Shown here one piece after another: positions 30,501 to 45,915 of a DNA stretch of 64,000 nucleotides. The notes under the pieces are model-generated. The model saw only the letters and a program-made list of their open reading frames with translations. It did not search any database and had not been told where the DNA came from. The position numbers and the translations under genes were made by a program. How positions within the stretch are numbered: position 1 is the stretch's first letter; each line of letters starts with the position of its first letter. The DNA is from Chrysomallon squamiferum. Lineage: Eukaryota > Animalia > Mollusca. Location: the NCBI GenBank assembly GCA_012295275.1, contig CM022679.1, positions 9,672,001-9,736,000 on the forward strand, written 5' to 3'.

Positions 30501-31310
30501 GTTACAGGTTTGTTTTACATATGAAGTAAAAATGATTGCAAAGTGTCGGAACAATAGTTGTTTTGTTTTTTTCCCCTGCTCTGAATATTACGTTTTTTGA
30601 TGATTTAAAAAAAACCCACAAAAAAACAACAAACAAACAAACAAAAACAACAAATGTCAACAGCAACAGAAACTAACAAAATAAATATTAGAAAAACTAA
30701 CAACACTACGAATATATACATATTTCTTTCCTTTTTTTTTAAATTTAATTTAATTTTTTATTTTTTTTGTTAGTAACCAGTTTACCTATTCTTGTTGTAA
30801 ACGATAGTCACAGTTTCTTTTTATATATATTTTTAATTCTGTCGTTTTGAGATATTCTCTGAACAAAGTATACTCCTTGAATATATTATACTCCTCTTTT
30901 TTCTATTATTATTATTACATAGATTTTGATTTCAAAACCGCTAAATCCATTTGACCTCACACTTTTAAATAGAAAAGGTTCTCTCTTGCTTGCACGAAAA
31001 TTGGCCTACCGTAGCGGACAGCTCGGGCTACACAATGTATCGTGTAATCCGTACGACAGTCATTTTTTTTCTTTCTTTATTTTTAAATTTTTTATTTTTT
31101 ATTTTTTTTATTTTTTATTTTTTATTTTTTTACTTAAAGAAATTTATGTCTCTAGTCACATTGCTTAATAATGACAAATAATTTACACAAATATTAATTT
31201 TAAAACCAAGAATATGAATATGCATATATTTTTAAAGGTTTGTTATAATCATCATTATTATCAATATTATTGTTATTATTACTATATTATCACTATTATT
31301 ATTATCAATA

Positions 31311-31350
<40 letters not shown>

Positions 31351-32751
31351 GGTGGCGTTGTTGTAGTTGTAGTTGTTGTGAAATAACCGCCTTGGTAACA
31401 ACAGTAAGTACTTAACCCAATCCCGTCTCAGTTGACCGTTATTTGAAGTTAAATACGACCTGTACGAAACCCATCTCGTTTCCATAGAAACCAGTTAACT
31501 TTTTTTTGTTAAGCGAAAAATAAGTAAAGTAGAAAAACGAAATCTGTCTAAGTGTGGAATTTTGTGTAATACATTGCAGGAATATCTTGTATCAACTAAA
31601 AAAAAAGTATGTGTATTTGCAAAGACGAAAGTGCGTCTTCACATTTATGAATTTGTTTTATTACTTTTATTATTATTATTGATATTGTTATAATTTGTAT
31701 TGTTATATCTATTCTCATTGTTGCTATTTTATGAATGTTATTATTAATATTTATTACTATTGTTGTTTTCCTAAGATTTTTTTAATAATGAATATTTATA
31801 AACATTTTTGTAATGATAGCATTGTGCATTTTATTTTATTTTTAATTATTTGTTAACTGCTTATATAATAATTTATAAATTCACACAACAGAACTGAGAC
31901 TAATCTTTGCTCTGAAACTAATCCTATTCAATTATTTTTCTAAGATAATAATATATTGTAACATTAACGGGTACCAGAGCTTTGACATTTTATTTTCACC
32001 TACCACATAATTATTTTATATATACTGTAGAGGATTTCCCCCCCCCCCCAATTTTATAGACAGGATTGAAACGGATATAAAGTCATACAAATTTTATTTA
32101 TTCATTTTATTTCAGAATCCTATTTCTTCAAAGGGAGCTATCATGTGTACATTTTTTTACTACACTAGGTAATGCTCATCCAAATGGTATTTTCGGCAGT
32201 AATTTGAAATTTCTGATTCTACAGATGAATGAAAAGGGATGCATTAAAAATTATATTCGACTTCAGCAGTAATTTTTGGTTAACATAAATTTTAATACTT
32301 GGAAAAAAAGAGCGTATTTAATGAGCCATTTAGATGTTACGCTATTACAGAATTTAAATCAAATGAATAAATTAAATAGCAAAAGTATCGAATATCTTTA
32401 TGCTACGCTGTAGATTTATCAAAAATTTAGATTGCCAGTCAAATAACAGTTAAAATCCTAAGTGTCAATTAAATATTTTATTTTATATTTTACGTCCGTA
32501 TATTCATTTAGAATTTTTTTTTTTTTCCCCGTTTTTTTTTTTATTCATTTTCAATAGCAGATGATTAAACTTAAACGTTATTTCTTATAAACTACTAATT
32601 TTTTTTTATATGTTTTTTTTTTTTTTTTTTTTTTTTTTTTTGTAACGGTGATTACGTTAATAGGATTTTTGTCTTGTCCGAACTGTACCTGTTCACCCAG
32701 TTAATTAATTAATTAATTAATTAATTAATTAATTTATTTATTAATTTATTA

Positions 32752-32814
<63 letters not shown>

Positions 32815-34011
32815 CGATTTATTTTAGTTTTATTCTCAAGATCAAAATTTCTGATGTTTTATAAGATTAGGAAATAGAATATGTTTTAGTGCATGATACG
32901 TTCGTATAGTGCAATGACCTCGATAATGTATTCCAGAAAAAAAAAAAAAAAAAAAATAAAAACAAAAAACATGAAAGAAATGAAAAGAAAAAAAGATAAT
33001 ATTTATTTACCTATATAAAATTACACGTATGCCGCATATAATAAACTTACTACATATTGAAGACAGTTTGTTAATAAACACATTTATTCAGTTTTTCTTT
33101 CGGAGAAACTTCTACGAAATCTCGCAAATTCAATCGGAAAACTTAGTCTCCCCGTAAAACGTGTTACGTCGTATTTCACTAGCACTGGGCTGTGTGTGTA
33201 AGACTTACTCTTCTTTCGAGTAAAACACTGACCATCCCTAATCCCAAACTTTAAATTTATAAACTTTATAAACCACCGTCTACCCAGAATACCAGACTTG
33301 GCAGTAATTTCGTTTTTTTTAACGAGTAATATACTCAGAGAGAGGGAATTGACTAATGGATGAATGTTGCCTTGTTATGTCGCTTCAGTTCATTTTATTG
33401 AGGAAACTGTTACGTTCTGATTCAGCGGCCAGATTTAGAAATAAAAACATCTCTAGTATAATCAGTATTTTTTGATTCTGTTGCAGCTAGTTTTTACTTT
33501 TCGTGTAACAGATTGAATAGTTTTTATTATTTTTCTAATATATATTTATATATATATACATATATGGATAGTCGTAATTTGGATACTAAATTGATCCTCT
33601 TTTTTTTATTTCAATAAATTTATCATCATTTTTTTTTTTTTTTTTTTTCTCAGAATATTGCTTTATTCGCACATACAAACACAGTAGTTTCAATTTTTCT
33701 TTTTCGATTGCAGAAAGTAATACGATTTTTATTGGCACTTAAATTTTAGTTCGGTTATTGCCTTCGGCTAAGAGATTAGAAATAAATTTTAAATTAAATG
33801 TTACATTTCTGTAGAAATTTATATTACCCGACAAAAAAAAATGAATACAGATTTAAAAAAAATATATCTTTTTAGCGATTTCAAGATGAATAATGATTTC
33901 TTTGGCCTTTTAAAAATTTCGTATTTAAACATTTAAAAAATATATACGAAGAACGTTTTCTTTTTAAAAAATAGATGTTTGAATCTTTAGATCATTATTT
34001 ATTTATTTATA

Positions 34012-34069
<58 letters not shown>

Positions 34070-34474
34070 TAAAATAACGACAAAATAAAACATGAGAAGC
34101 AAACAGTATGTCTTGTATTTTAAACTTTTCAAAGGTGCAGTCAATGCTAACCTACAACAATTAAAATCAACAGTTATTTGCATTTAATTAAAGAAGGCGA
34201 TTCAATACAAGAGCTTTTCTAATGAGCTTTCGTTATTTTTTCACAACCACTTCAAAACGGTGACATTTTCATTGCAGAGAAGTTATCTGACAATCACTAC
34301 AGAGTATTAGCATTATATTTAGCATATTGATAGCAAGCATGCATAAATGTTTTGTTAGAATGAATATATCTTGCATGGAATATCTGTAATAGAATCATTA
34401 TTATGTTCTTGTTGAATGTGCCTTGATGTTTGCTTTTTATTTTAATTTAAATATTCCTCTTATAATTTGATTTA

Positions 34475-34510
<36 letters not shown>

Positions 34511-34601
34511 TGTGTGTGCATTATATGTGCATTATATGTGCATTATATGTATGTTCAGCAGTGATTGTTTTCACCATATATATATATATATATTACGTTT
34601 T

Positions 34602-34682
<81 letters not shown>

Positions 34683-34759
34683 TTGATGTTGTTATTTGGT
34701 TTTTTGTTTACTCATGTGTTTTTATTAATTATATATAATAATCTTTACTTTTTGATTAA

Positions 34760-35825
34760 AATTTACTTACAAATAGCCATATATTAATACCAACATCTAC
34801 CAGTATACATATACCAACTTCAAAAAAGTCTGCAGTTCAAAAATTTACATACTGTGTTTAAAGGTTTATTTCCAAATAACTTTAATAACAAATATTTACA
34901 TACAAATTACTGAGTTAGGAAATTACTTAGTTAAATGTTGACTTAAATGTTACTAATTAAAAACTTGCATTGAACTATTTATTTACAAAAATAAATAAAT
35001 AAAAACACAATAAATAAATAAAAAGATAATAATTTAAAAATAATTATAGGTATAATCAAAAAAGTAATAAAATAAAAATGAAATCATTGCAATTAAATGT
35101 TTACTTACAAATAACTTATTTGCAGTTCCATTTTATTTACAAATAACTGCAGTTAACAAATTGCTTACAGGTAAATACTAACAGGTAATTAATTAATAAA
35201 TTATTTGCAATTAAATATTTACTTGCAAATAACTTATTAACAAATTACTTGCAGTTAAATGATGATTTACAAATAACTTCACTTTAGAAATTGCTTACAG
35301 TCAAATATTACATAAATATTGACTTACAAATAACTAGTTAAAATGTATGAACTATTTACTTACAAAAACAAATAACCTTAAAAATTGCAGTTTGCATACA
35401 AATAACTATTTGAGAAATTACTTAGTTAAATGATGACTTACAAATAACTGTACTTAACACACTGCTTAGAGTTAAATGTTGTTTTACAAATAACTGAAAT
35501 TAACAAATTACAATTAAATGTTATCGTACAAATAACTGGTTAAGTCATTACTTGTACTTAGATGTTCACTTACAAATAACTAGTTAAAATTACTTTCAAT
35601 TAAATGTTAACTTACAAATATCTATGAAGCTAAGAAATTACTTAGATTGAAATGTTTATTTACAAATAACTTTGGTTAACAAATTAGTTAAATGCTGACT
35701 TACAAATAAGTAATTAACAAATTACTTGCAGTGAAATGTCACTTTTATATAACTAGTAAAGAAATTAATTACAGATAAATAGTGAGTTACAACTGAAATG
35801 ATGACTTACAAATAACAGTTTAACA
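34760..35825. repeat. Minisatellite, about 43-45-bp unit (acttacaaataactagttaacaaattacttgcagttaaatg), about 20 degenerate copies
   Basis: tacaaataact recurs throughout at about 43-bp spacing. Confidence 0.88.
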
Positions 35826-36847
35826 TTTAAGAATAATAAAACTGCCCAATGGAATGATAAACATTATGATTTTCTGTAACAAATTGTTGTTTGTAAATGT
35901 ATCTTCTGCAAGAAATTTCATTTGCATAAGTAATTATCTAAAAACTTAGACAAGCAAATAAAAAAATAAAAAAAAAAAAGAAAAAAAGAAGTCATATTTG
36001 ATCATTTCACTTATATTATTGTCTTTTGTGGTTAATATTATTAATATTATTAGTATTATTATTACCATTGTCATTGTTGTTGTTGTTGTTATTATTACTA
36101 CTACTACTTTTATTATTATTGTAGTTGTTCTTATTATTACAATGTGAACCTATTCTGATATTAATATAAACGCACGCACATATACACGCACATACATACA
36201 TGCGTACACGTACATATTACAACTGTTCACTGATTCGCAGATATAAAACAATATGTTATTCCTTCCTATTCGCGGCGACTAGGTATTAATTAAGAAAATA
36301 ATGAATACTTTACTGATGACCGTTTTCTTTGCCTACTCCACCACCCTCTGCTATTCGTAGTTAAATAAACTCAAAACATGAAGAAAACGTTTGAAATCTG
36401 AGTCCCGGGTTTAATCACTATCTGACATAAGTAAACTTTGAAAACCAGTCAGAAGTCTGAATCATTTTTTTTTTTTTTTTTTTTTTTTTTTACTCTTGAC
36501 ATATCAGGAACTTGACAACAGTTCATCTGACCTTACTTCAGAATTGTTTTTACATTGTCCCAGCATAAGTTTATTCAGATTTGTATTTCTTCTTTTTTTT
36601 TTCTTTTTTTAGCGATTTGTTAAATGTTTTATTATACTTTTTATTTGATTATTTTGATTCCCAGATGATGTGGAGTATTAAAAACATGACTCTCTATTAA
36701 AGCTATTAAAATAATATTAAAAAAATACCATCGGATAAATATTATTTAATTTCTCTTTTTGAAGAAAGCATTTATATACATATAAATGTGTTTATTATTA
36801 CTGTTGCTGTTATTATTAATATTTTTTTTTGTTTCGTATGTTCAAAC

Positions 36848-36893
<46 letters not shown>

Positions 36894-37634
36894 TTATTAT
36901 TATTTTCCTAGTTTTTTTTTTTTTTTCTTTTTTTTTAACTTTTACTAGTCAAGTTGATTGTTACAAGAACTTGGTGATACCGAATATATTCAGAAGTTGA
37001 ATTAAAACTTGTATATTAATTTCAGATTTTGTCATAGAATTTACTCAGCACAAAAAGTTAAATTTCAAAACGTCTTCTAAATACTTTAGATAACTTTTAT
37101 CCTTTTTTTTTTTTTTTTTTTTTTTATTTTTTTTTTTTTATAATATAATAATAATTATCAAACTGCATTCAACTTGAATAGCAACTCAATGAAATCATTT
37201 AACTATCTGTGCGCTTGAACTGTAACTATGACGAATCGCCGATGTAATTATGTCTTACAATGCTGTTACGTTTTACTCCCCTGCGTGAACTAGTAGACCT
37301 GCTGTTGGCCCTGGAATTCAATACTTAAAACAAATTGTTGCGAAGTACATTGTTAACTGGAAAATCCCATCAATGGTCATTATAATGATGTTACGTCATA
37401 TCATTTGATTGTTTCTCAGTTTATTATGACGTTATTATTGTGAACCGTCAGGTCCTTTACATGACAGCTGCTCGCGAATAACAATGACGTAATCATTGTG
37501 CATTGTGACGTGAGATGTGTTGATTGGTTTATGGTTCCAAGTTGCTTGTTGCCTTCCTAGTTCTCTATGGTTTGTGTGAACCAGAGATTTTCTTTTATAA
37601 CATTTTTTATTTTTTATTTTTTTATTTTATTTTA

Positions 37635-37666
<32 letters not shown>

Positions 37667-37995
37667 TTTTTGTCCAAATTTTTTTATTAAATGTTATGTT
37701 TCTGTTCTTTAATTTTAAAGGCAGCAACTTAAATCTTAGAAACAGTTCTTTTGTTTATTTATTTTAATATAATTATTATTATAATTTTTTTAAATGTCAA
37801 AAATATTTTAATAATTTAAAAAATCGTTTTAATGCATTAATATATTAACTTTGAAATACACTTCAAGGTAAGTTTATAGATTATTTTATTCTGTTGTTAT
37901 TATTATCTGTTACATAAATATTATTTATTGAAATAATAAAATGTTTTTAGATGCAAAATGTGTTCTTGTTATTATTTTAACTGATAGTTATATAT

Positions 37996-38220
37996 AACAT
38001 ACATACATACATACATACATACATACAAACATACATACATACATACATACATACATGCATACATGCATACATACATACACACATACATACACACATACAT
38101 ACATATATACATACATACTTATATACATACATACATACATACACACATACATACATACACACATACACACACACATACATACATACATGCACACACACAC
38201 ACACGTACACACACATACAC
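37996..38220. repeat. (TACA)n/(CA)n microsatellite
   Basis: Seen directly. Confidence 0.95.
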
Positions 38221-38825
38221 CCAAGACGCATACACTATGCATGGATAAAACACGCACATCGCTGTTTGCGGAATGTACAGACAACTGTGATAACTGACAA
38301 CTGTGTGTCATATACTAACAGCAACAGTATTACTAGTGTTGTAACAACTACATCAAATCATCTCAGTTTACTAACATTACTTTATTTATTATTTTATTTC
38401 ATTTCATTTCATTTACTTATTTTTATTTTTGCTTTTTGCGTTCAAACTAGCGAATTTTATTATTCTTATTTTGACTGTCAAAAATCGCATTTATCTGAAC
38501 GATCCCTACCAAAAAAAGAACAAATAAAAAACGACAAAAAAACAACAAAAAACAAAACAAACAAATAACACAATAACAACAACATCAACAAAATACTATG
38601 AACGCGAGAGTTAAGGTGTTTAAATTTATTTTCTTCAGAGCATCGCCGCATTTAGGGATGAAGTATTTTCACTTGAAATACAAACGTCAGTTCAGAATTT
38701 AGCTTCATGCGTAGGTTGTTTGTCATTACAGCTTCGTTACCTGATATTTGACATCTAATTAGCTGCAGACAAAAAAAAAGTCTAAACGGGGTAAGCACGT
38801 TGCTTCTTTGTAAGAAACTCTGGCC

Positions 38826-39090
38826 TTGAAATACATCTATCTATCTGTTAGGGGTGTTGGTAAATAATAAACAGTTATTATTATAAGGCACTAGCGAAGA
38901 ATAGCAAGTATTACAGATTTGAAATACATCTGTGTGTGTATATATATATATATATCTCTGTAAGGGTATTGGTAAAGAATTACTACTTACTTCAGTCAGT
39001 TGTCTTTCGCTTTGAAATACATCTATCTGTCTGTCTGTCTGTCTGTTAGAAGTACTGGTAAAGAATATCATGTATTACTTACTTCTGCAG
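38826..39090. repeat. Three-copy 93-bp tandem repeat with variable interior
   Basis: TTGAAATACATCT at 38826, 38919 and 39012, each followed by a short SSR and then tctgt..g..t..tggtaaa. Confidence 0.8.
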
Positions 39091-42010
39091 GTTCTCTTTG
39101 GTTTAAAACAGTCTTCAGCAAAATGTTACGAGCGAATCATCGACTAGAAGAAAATCCCCATCAGACAACTAGCACGATACTTTATACAAAAAAAAAAAAA
39201 TCTTTCCATGAAGCGAAAAAGAGGGAAAAGACGTCATCTAAAATACTAACTGTGTTGCTGCCGTAGTCAACAAAACTGGACAAGAATGTCACTGTCGTCA
39301 TCGACTGAGGAAGCTACCTTTTTTTTTTCTTTTTTTTTTTTAAATAAAGTTACATTGACAGCTTTTGGCAAACTGTTTGAAATCCATGTTTATTAATAAA
39401 GCTATTAATACAGTCACCAGAGAAACGACAGCTGCAGGACAAAATAGAAATCTGCCGATATTCGGGTAACTTCTGTGGTCAGTTCAGAAACGTTTACAAA
39501 ACTACAGGAGATAAAATGTGAAGAAGAAGAAGAAAAAAAAGAAAGAAAATTACTGCCATCTTTGCCGCGTCTCGAAATGTCTTTATTACATTGCGGTATT
39601 ATTGTAATAAATCCCGGTGCATGAAATAATGGTGATAATGATCTTTTTCTTTGAGAATTGTCAAAAAAAAACCAACAAAAACCCCAACTCATATTCATTA
39701 GTAACATGGCGTATGATTTTTGCAGAAAATAGGCAAAAGGATTCTTAATTTTAAAAAAAAAAAAAAAACCCCAAGAATTACGATATTGCGTAACAATAAG
39801 TTATTTGTTCACTAGATTTTCATTTTGTCTATATTTAACATATCTGAAGTTAAAAATAATTTAAAAAAAAACAAAACAACAAAAAAACAACAACATGAAA
39901 TAATTGCATCGCTTCACCAAATTAACGAACAAATATAGAATTTTTATTTTTTTTATTATTTTCCTAAGCATGGTAACGTAATTATGAAAAACAAAAAGTA
40001 ATTAATGAAAAATACGTAACATCTATATTGAGTTTTGTTTTGTATAATATTATATTTCTCTAAATTAAAAAAACAAAGAAAGACATAACCGCTTGAGAAA
40101 TGTCGTTTGAATAATGAGAACGCAGCAAAGAGTATTGCAGTAAATAATTATTTCTAAAATTTATTTTCAACACAAAACTATCATTCGTTAATTTAATTTA
40201 ATTTTTTATTTGCAGATAATGCTCAGTAAACAACAACAGACATATAAACGAATGAATGAATGAATAAAAAAAATAAATAAATAAAATAACTAATATATTA
40301 TCACAAAATTAATTTAATGTAGGTTACTGAAATAAATAAATCTTATAGAAATGTAGATTACTGAAATCTAATATTTAATATATTGGTAGACCACCGAAAA
40401 AAAAAAAAATCTCATACAAATACTGATAACATATATATTACTTAATAATATATTTAGATTTCTGAAATAATGTAATTATACAAAGGTAGATTATTTTAAT
40501 AATACAACTCATACAAATGTTTATTACATAACCTACTTTTTTTTTTTTTTTTTTTTTTTTTTTCGGTTTCTTCTTTTTTCGCAAGCGAAACACAAAGATA
40601 TATACACACACACTTAAAATCTTTTTACCCAAGGCCAATCCCATTTGCAATTTAAAACGACATATTTCATATATGGGGAATATTGTACATAGTTTTAAAA
40701 GGTTTTTATGCATGTAAATAAATGTTTTTTAAAATATGATAACAAGATAATGAATATATAGACAAAGAACCAAAGCACACTGTAATAAACATTGCATTGG
40801 TCAACTTTTAGTTACCCTAGAGATAAAATACCAAAAATGATTAAATTTGTTTTAACAATAAAATAATTACTTATACCAGTGCGTTCTTTAATTCTTAAAT
40901 AAATATATATATATACATATTTGCATAAGTACATACAAACATACATGAAATAAGTAAATATCCCCAAAACAACCAACCAACAAAATAAAATAAATACCAA
41001 ATCAGAAAAAGTTTAAAAAAATAATAAAAAAAAAAAAATAATAATAAATTAAAAATTAATGTCATTTTAACGTGTGTTTGTCAGATGGCGCACGATAGTC
41101 CAGTAACTCGTTTTCTAGTTTACGAGGAAATGTACAACTTGACCTGTGACCTTTACATATTTAATAACGGTTTAACCCTTGCTACGACGAGCTCATTGGA
41201 TTGGTTATATGTACTTCCCTACATATATACATACTTTTACATACATATATGCGCGCGCGTGCGTATGTGTGTCTCTCTGTGTGTGTCTGTGTGTGTGTAC
41301 ATTTATTTACGTTAAATTGGCAACATTTTACATGATTAAATTCTTTTAGCCGCTTTTAGCACGAAAAAAAAAAATATATATATAAACAAAACACAAAATA
41401 AGAAAGCATTTTGCCATTCAATCAGTTCTCTCTTCCATTTTCTTCGTCCATTATGTTGACATTCTTTCTCTCGGCTTCGGGACGCTCATGAACTAAGCAG
41501 CAGCAACAACAACAACAACAACAACAACATCAACGACGACAACGACGACGATGTCGATGACCACGATCCCGAAAGATAACAGTGCGATATAAATATTTCT
41601 TTGAAATAACCTAAATATCAGTAAATAACCTGCGCGCCTCTCTTCTCTCTCAGATAGTGATTTGTTTTTGTTAAAATTCTTGTTTATAGAGTTCTCGTAT
41701 TTCTTTAACCGGTGTAAACAGACAAAACCGTGTTAAACTCTATGTGTGTGTATATATGTATATATAATGTATATATATATATATTGCTTAGTAATCCAAA
41801 ACACCGTGTAGAGGTGGATATCATGTGTAAAATATTGTTCATTGGCGGCCAGAAGATTTTGATCAATCATCTGTGAAATTTGAAATTGGACTCAGATGTG
41901 TTTCTACAGATCGTGGTATACCAGTTAATGACAAGGCGTAATTAAGTAAGGTAGAAAATAAGTAAATATGTGTAATATATATATATATATATATATATAT
42001 GGAGATTTAA

Positions 42011-42070
<60 letters not shown>

Positions 42071-42818
42071 TTTTTATTTTTTTATTATTATTATTTTTTT
42101 AATATTTATGTATTTCGTGTTTTTATTTTAATTCTATATTTCAATTCATTCTTGTTTGTGCTGGGATCCTAATTGTTAAAACAACATCTGGAAAAAAAAA
42201 TTTCATTTTTTTTTTTTTTTTTTCTGTGACAGAAAATGTGTTCATAAATTTTTTTGCACACTCTCACAAAAAATGTGACATTTGAACGAAATTTTGTAAG
42301 ACATTTACGAGTAAATATTATATTTATATGTAAATGTGATTCCTTCATCTACAGACAAAAATAAACGCATTTTTTAATATTTTTCTTTCAAATGTGATTT
42401 TAATTATTCGTTTTTTGATATAAAAAGAGGAAAAATAATAATAATAAGAAGAAGAAGAAGAAGAAGAAGAAGCAGAAGAAGAAGAAGAAGAAGAAGAAGA
42501 AGAAAAACAACAAAAACAACAATAATATGTTTCAGTGTGACATCAAAAAATGTTACGGTTTTCTTTAATTCATTTATCAGTGACAGATACTGAGACTACA
42601 AGCTGATCTTTTTAAACAACGAGGACTGCGACGTCGTTATTTTCCTGATACTATCTGAGTATGGTGGCTATTGTGTTACGGTGACAACTGAACCGTTAGT
42701 CGACATCGTGGTGTCCTCCAGATACAGATGACGTTACACTTACAGACACGTCAAACTACAGCTACGTTGGGATGAATGACAAATAAATATATCAAAAGAA
42801 ACAAAGAGACGAAAAGAG

Positions 42819-42823
<5 letters not shown>

Positions 42824-42884
<61 letters not shown>
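42824..42884. repeat. (AG)n microsatellite
   Basis: Seen directly; explains the ERERER ORF. Confidence 0.97.
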
Positions 42885-42889
<5 letters not shown>

Positions 42890-43477
42890 AATACCCACCC
42901 CACAGAATCAGACATATATGACTGCACTATGAAGAGAAACAAAAAGAAAGGAAGGCAGGAACAAACAAACAGAATGGAGAAGAAAAGAGACAAAGAGAAG
43001 TGAAGAGAAAGTGAAAGAACACAAATTGTCACCACTGTTTTATTACACGTGTGTATAAATCTTTCTCTCTGACTTCAAACTGGACTGTCACCTCCGCTTG
43101 CTGCAGCCAGACACCCACTCAAAAACAATCCAGCACGATGTTTAATCGCCAGTGAGTAAAGGTGTGTAAACTTGTCAATAATGAGACATATGTTTGTAAG
43201 TGTGTGGAACATAATGTACTTGGTGTCACCTGGACTTACTCAGAAATACACCGTGTTAGATAAATTTAAAACTCTAATTTTTATTCAAGATTAAAAATAT
43301 TTTTCTTTCTTTTTTTATCTAAAAATGAAGTGACAGTCGGCCATCTTGGTTTTTGCATTATTAAATTTTTTAAATTAATATTACACAAGAATTGCTATTT
43401 GACTGGACAATTAAAACGGAATAATTCTAATCCGTAAGTATTTTTTAACGTGTGTGGTTACTGAATAACTGCATATC

Positions 43478-43516
<39 letters not shown>

Positions 43517-43969
43517 ATGAAACTGTTGAAAACTTAATAATTTAGCTTCATTGACATGATTGCACCAGAAGTTATAGTTTTGTAAATGAATTTAAAAACA
43601 GAAAAAAAAAAAAATAATAATAATTATTAGTTTCTAATTATTCGCTGAATATGTACAGACATTTTATAGATATTCAAACCTACTTCCTCATCACCTATAA
43701 TTATAATTATATTAATTTTTACCTTTACACATCCGAAATAGTAATTACTGCATCTTTATTGCATTATTAACAAATTCACATATTTGTATGGTATCAAAGA
43801 GAGAATGAAATGATCAGCACATTTATTTATTTATTTATCCAGTTGTTCATTTTATTTTTGCAGTAAGAATTTTATACTTTTTTTCAGAAATCTAGATAAC
43901 ATTTAAATCTGCTCGGTTTTTTTTCCAGTTTTATTAATCTTTAGTGTTTCATATTCATTTTATGTGATG

Positions 43970-45440
43970 ATTTTAGTAATTTACGTTTTATAATAAGGTG
44001 ATTTCTGTAATCTACATTTATGTAATCACGTGATTTCTGTAATCTACATTTATATATTCACGTGATTTCTGTAATCTACATTTATATAATTTAGATAATT
44101 TCAGTGATCTAGATTTATCTAATCACGTGATTTCTGTAATCTAAATTTATATCATTTAGATAATTTCAGTGATCTACATTTATCTAATCACGTGATTTCT
44201 GTAATCTAAATTTATATCATTTAGATAATTTCAGTGGTCTACATTTATCTAATCACGTGATATCTGCAGTCTAAATTTATATAATTTAGATAATTTCAGT
44301 GATCTACATTTGTCTAATCACGTGATTTCTGTAATCTACATTTATATAATTAGATACATTCTATATTTATATAATCACGTGATTTCTGTAATCTATATTT
44401 ATTTAATTAAACGATTTCAGTAATTTACTTTTATAAAGTTACATGATTAAAGTAGCCTCCATTTAGATAATCATTAAATACATTTTTGTGATCGGCATTT
44501 ATATAATTAGATAATTTATGTAATTTACATTTATATAATTACATTATTTCAGTAATTTAAATAAATTAATATTATATGTTATATATAACAAATAATCTAC
44601 ATTTTTGATAATGCATTATTTCAGAAATGAATATTTATGTCAGCTGTATTAATACAGTAAAAGAATTTGAATAATTACATTATTTTAGTAACTTATATTT
44701 GTGTTAAATATATTATTTTAGTCATTTGTATTTGTGTAAAATGTGATTTCAGAAATTTACATTTGCGTAAATATATTGTTTCAGTAATTTACATTTGTGT
44801 TAAATATATTATTTCAGTAATCTACATTTGTTTTAAATATATTATTTCATTAATTGACATTTGTGTAAATATATTATTTCATTAATATACATTTGTGTGA
44901 AATATATTTTTCAGTAATTTACATTTGTGTAAATATATTATTTTAGTAATTTACACTTGTGTTAACTATATATTTCAGTAATTTATATTTGTGTTAAATA
45001 AATTATTATTTCAGCAATTTACATTTGTGTGAAATATATAATTTCAGTAATTTACATTTGTGTTAAATATAATATTTCAGTAATTCATATTTGTGTTAAA
45101 TATATTATTTTAGTAATTTACATTTGTGTAAATATATTATTTTAGTAATTTACACTGGTGTTAGCTATATATTTCAGCAATCTACATTTGTGTGAAATAT
45201 ATTACTTCAGTAATTTACATTGGTGTTAAATATATTATTTTAGTAATCTACATTTGTGTAAATATATTATTTTAGTAATTTACACTGGTGTTAGCTATAT
45301 ATTTCAGTAATTTATATTTCTGTTAAATATATTATTTCAGCAATCTACATTTGTGTGAAATATATTATTTCAGTAATTTACATCTGTGGTGAAATATATT
45401 ATTTTTGTGTGAGATCTACTGATTCATTAATCTACATTTG
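43970..45440. repeat. Composite minisatellite of 31-33-bp units sharing core atttc(a/t)gtaat(c/t)tacattt; left block with 65-bp dimer, right block aaatatattatttcagtaatttacatttgtgt
   Basis: CACGTG at 44027, 44059, 44124, 44189, 44254, 44319 and 44376; more than 20 right-block units at about 44670-45400. Confidence 0.95.
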
Positions 45441-45878
45441 TTTGATCATGTATGTATTGCAGTCTCCAGTAATGGCCGTTATTTATCATTTGCGGGCGCT
45501 TTGTTTAAAACAAAAACCGGATAGCATTTAAGACGAACACACCCTTGCTTTCAAATTGCTGTGACATGCTACTCAAACTGAAATAATTTGTAATACTGCG
45601 TCACAACACACCCAGCGTTTGACATTCAGACTTCAATGAAAATTTAGTTTTTCGCGGTTCAGTCTGGGCTTGCGTTTAGTTTCATTTAATAACATTAAAT
45701 AACTGGTTCCAGGATATTATTTGCAGTATTACACGCATACATACATACATACATACATACATACAAATATACATACATACATACATACATACATACATAC
45801 GTACATACACATACAAAGACACACACACACATACACACATACATTCTTACATACATACAAATATACATAAAAACATAC

Positions 45879-45915
<37 letters not shown>

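Noticed and set aside
43339-43348. YY1-like GGCCATCTTG
   Set aside because: Single motif in AT-rich context with no other support.
43970-45440. CRISPR-like appearance of the roughly 32-bp repeats (also 38826-39090)
   Set aside because: Eukaryotic context, no cas genes, and the intervening sequences are related monomers rather than unique spacers.
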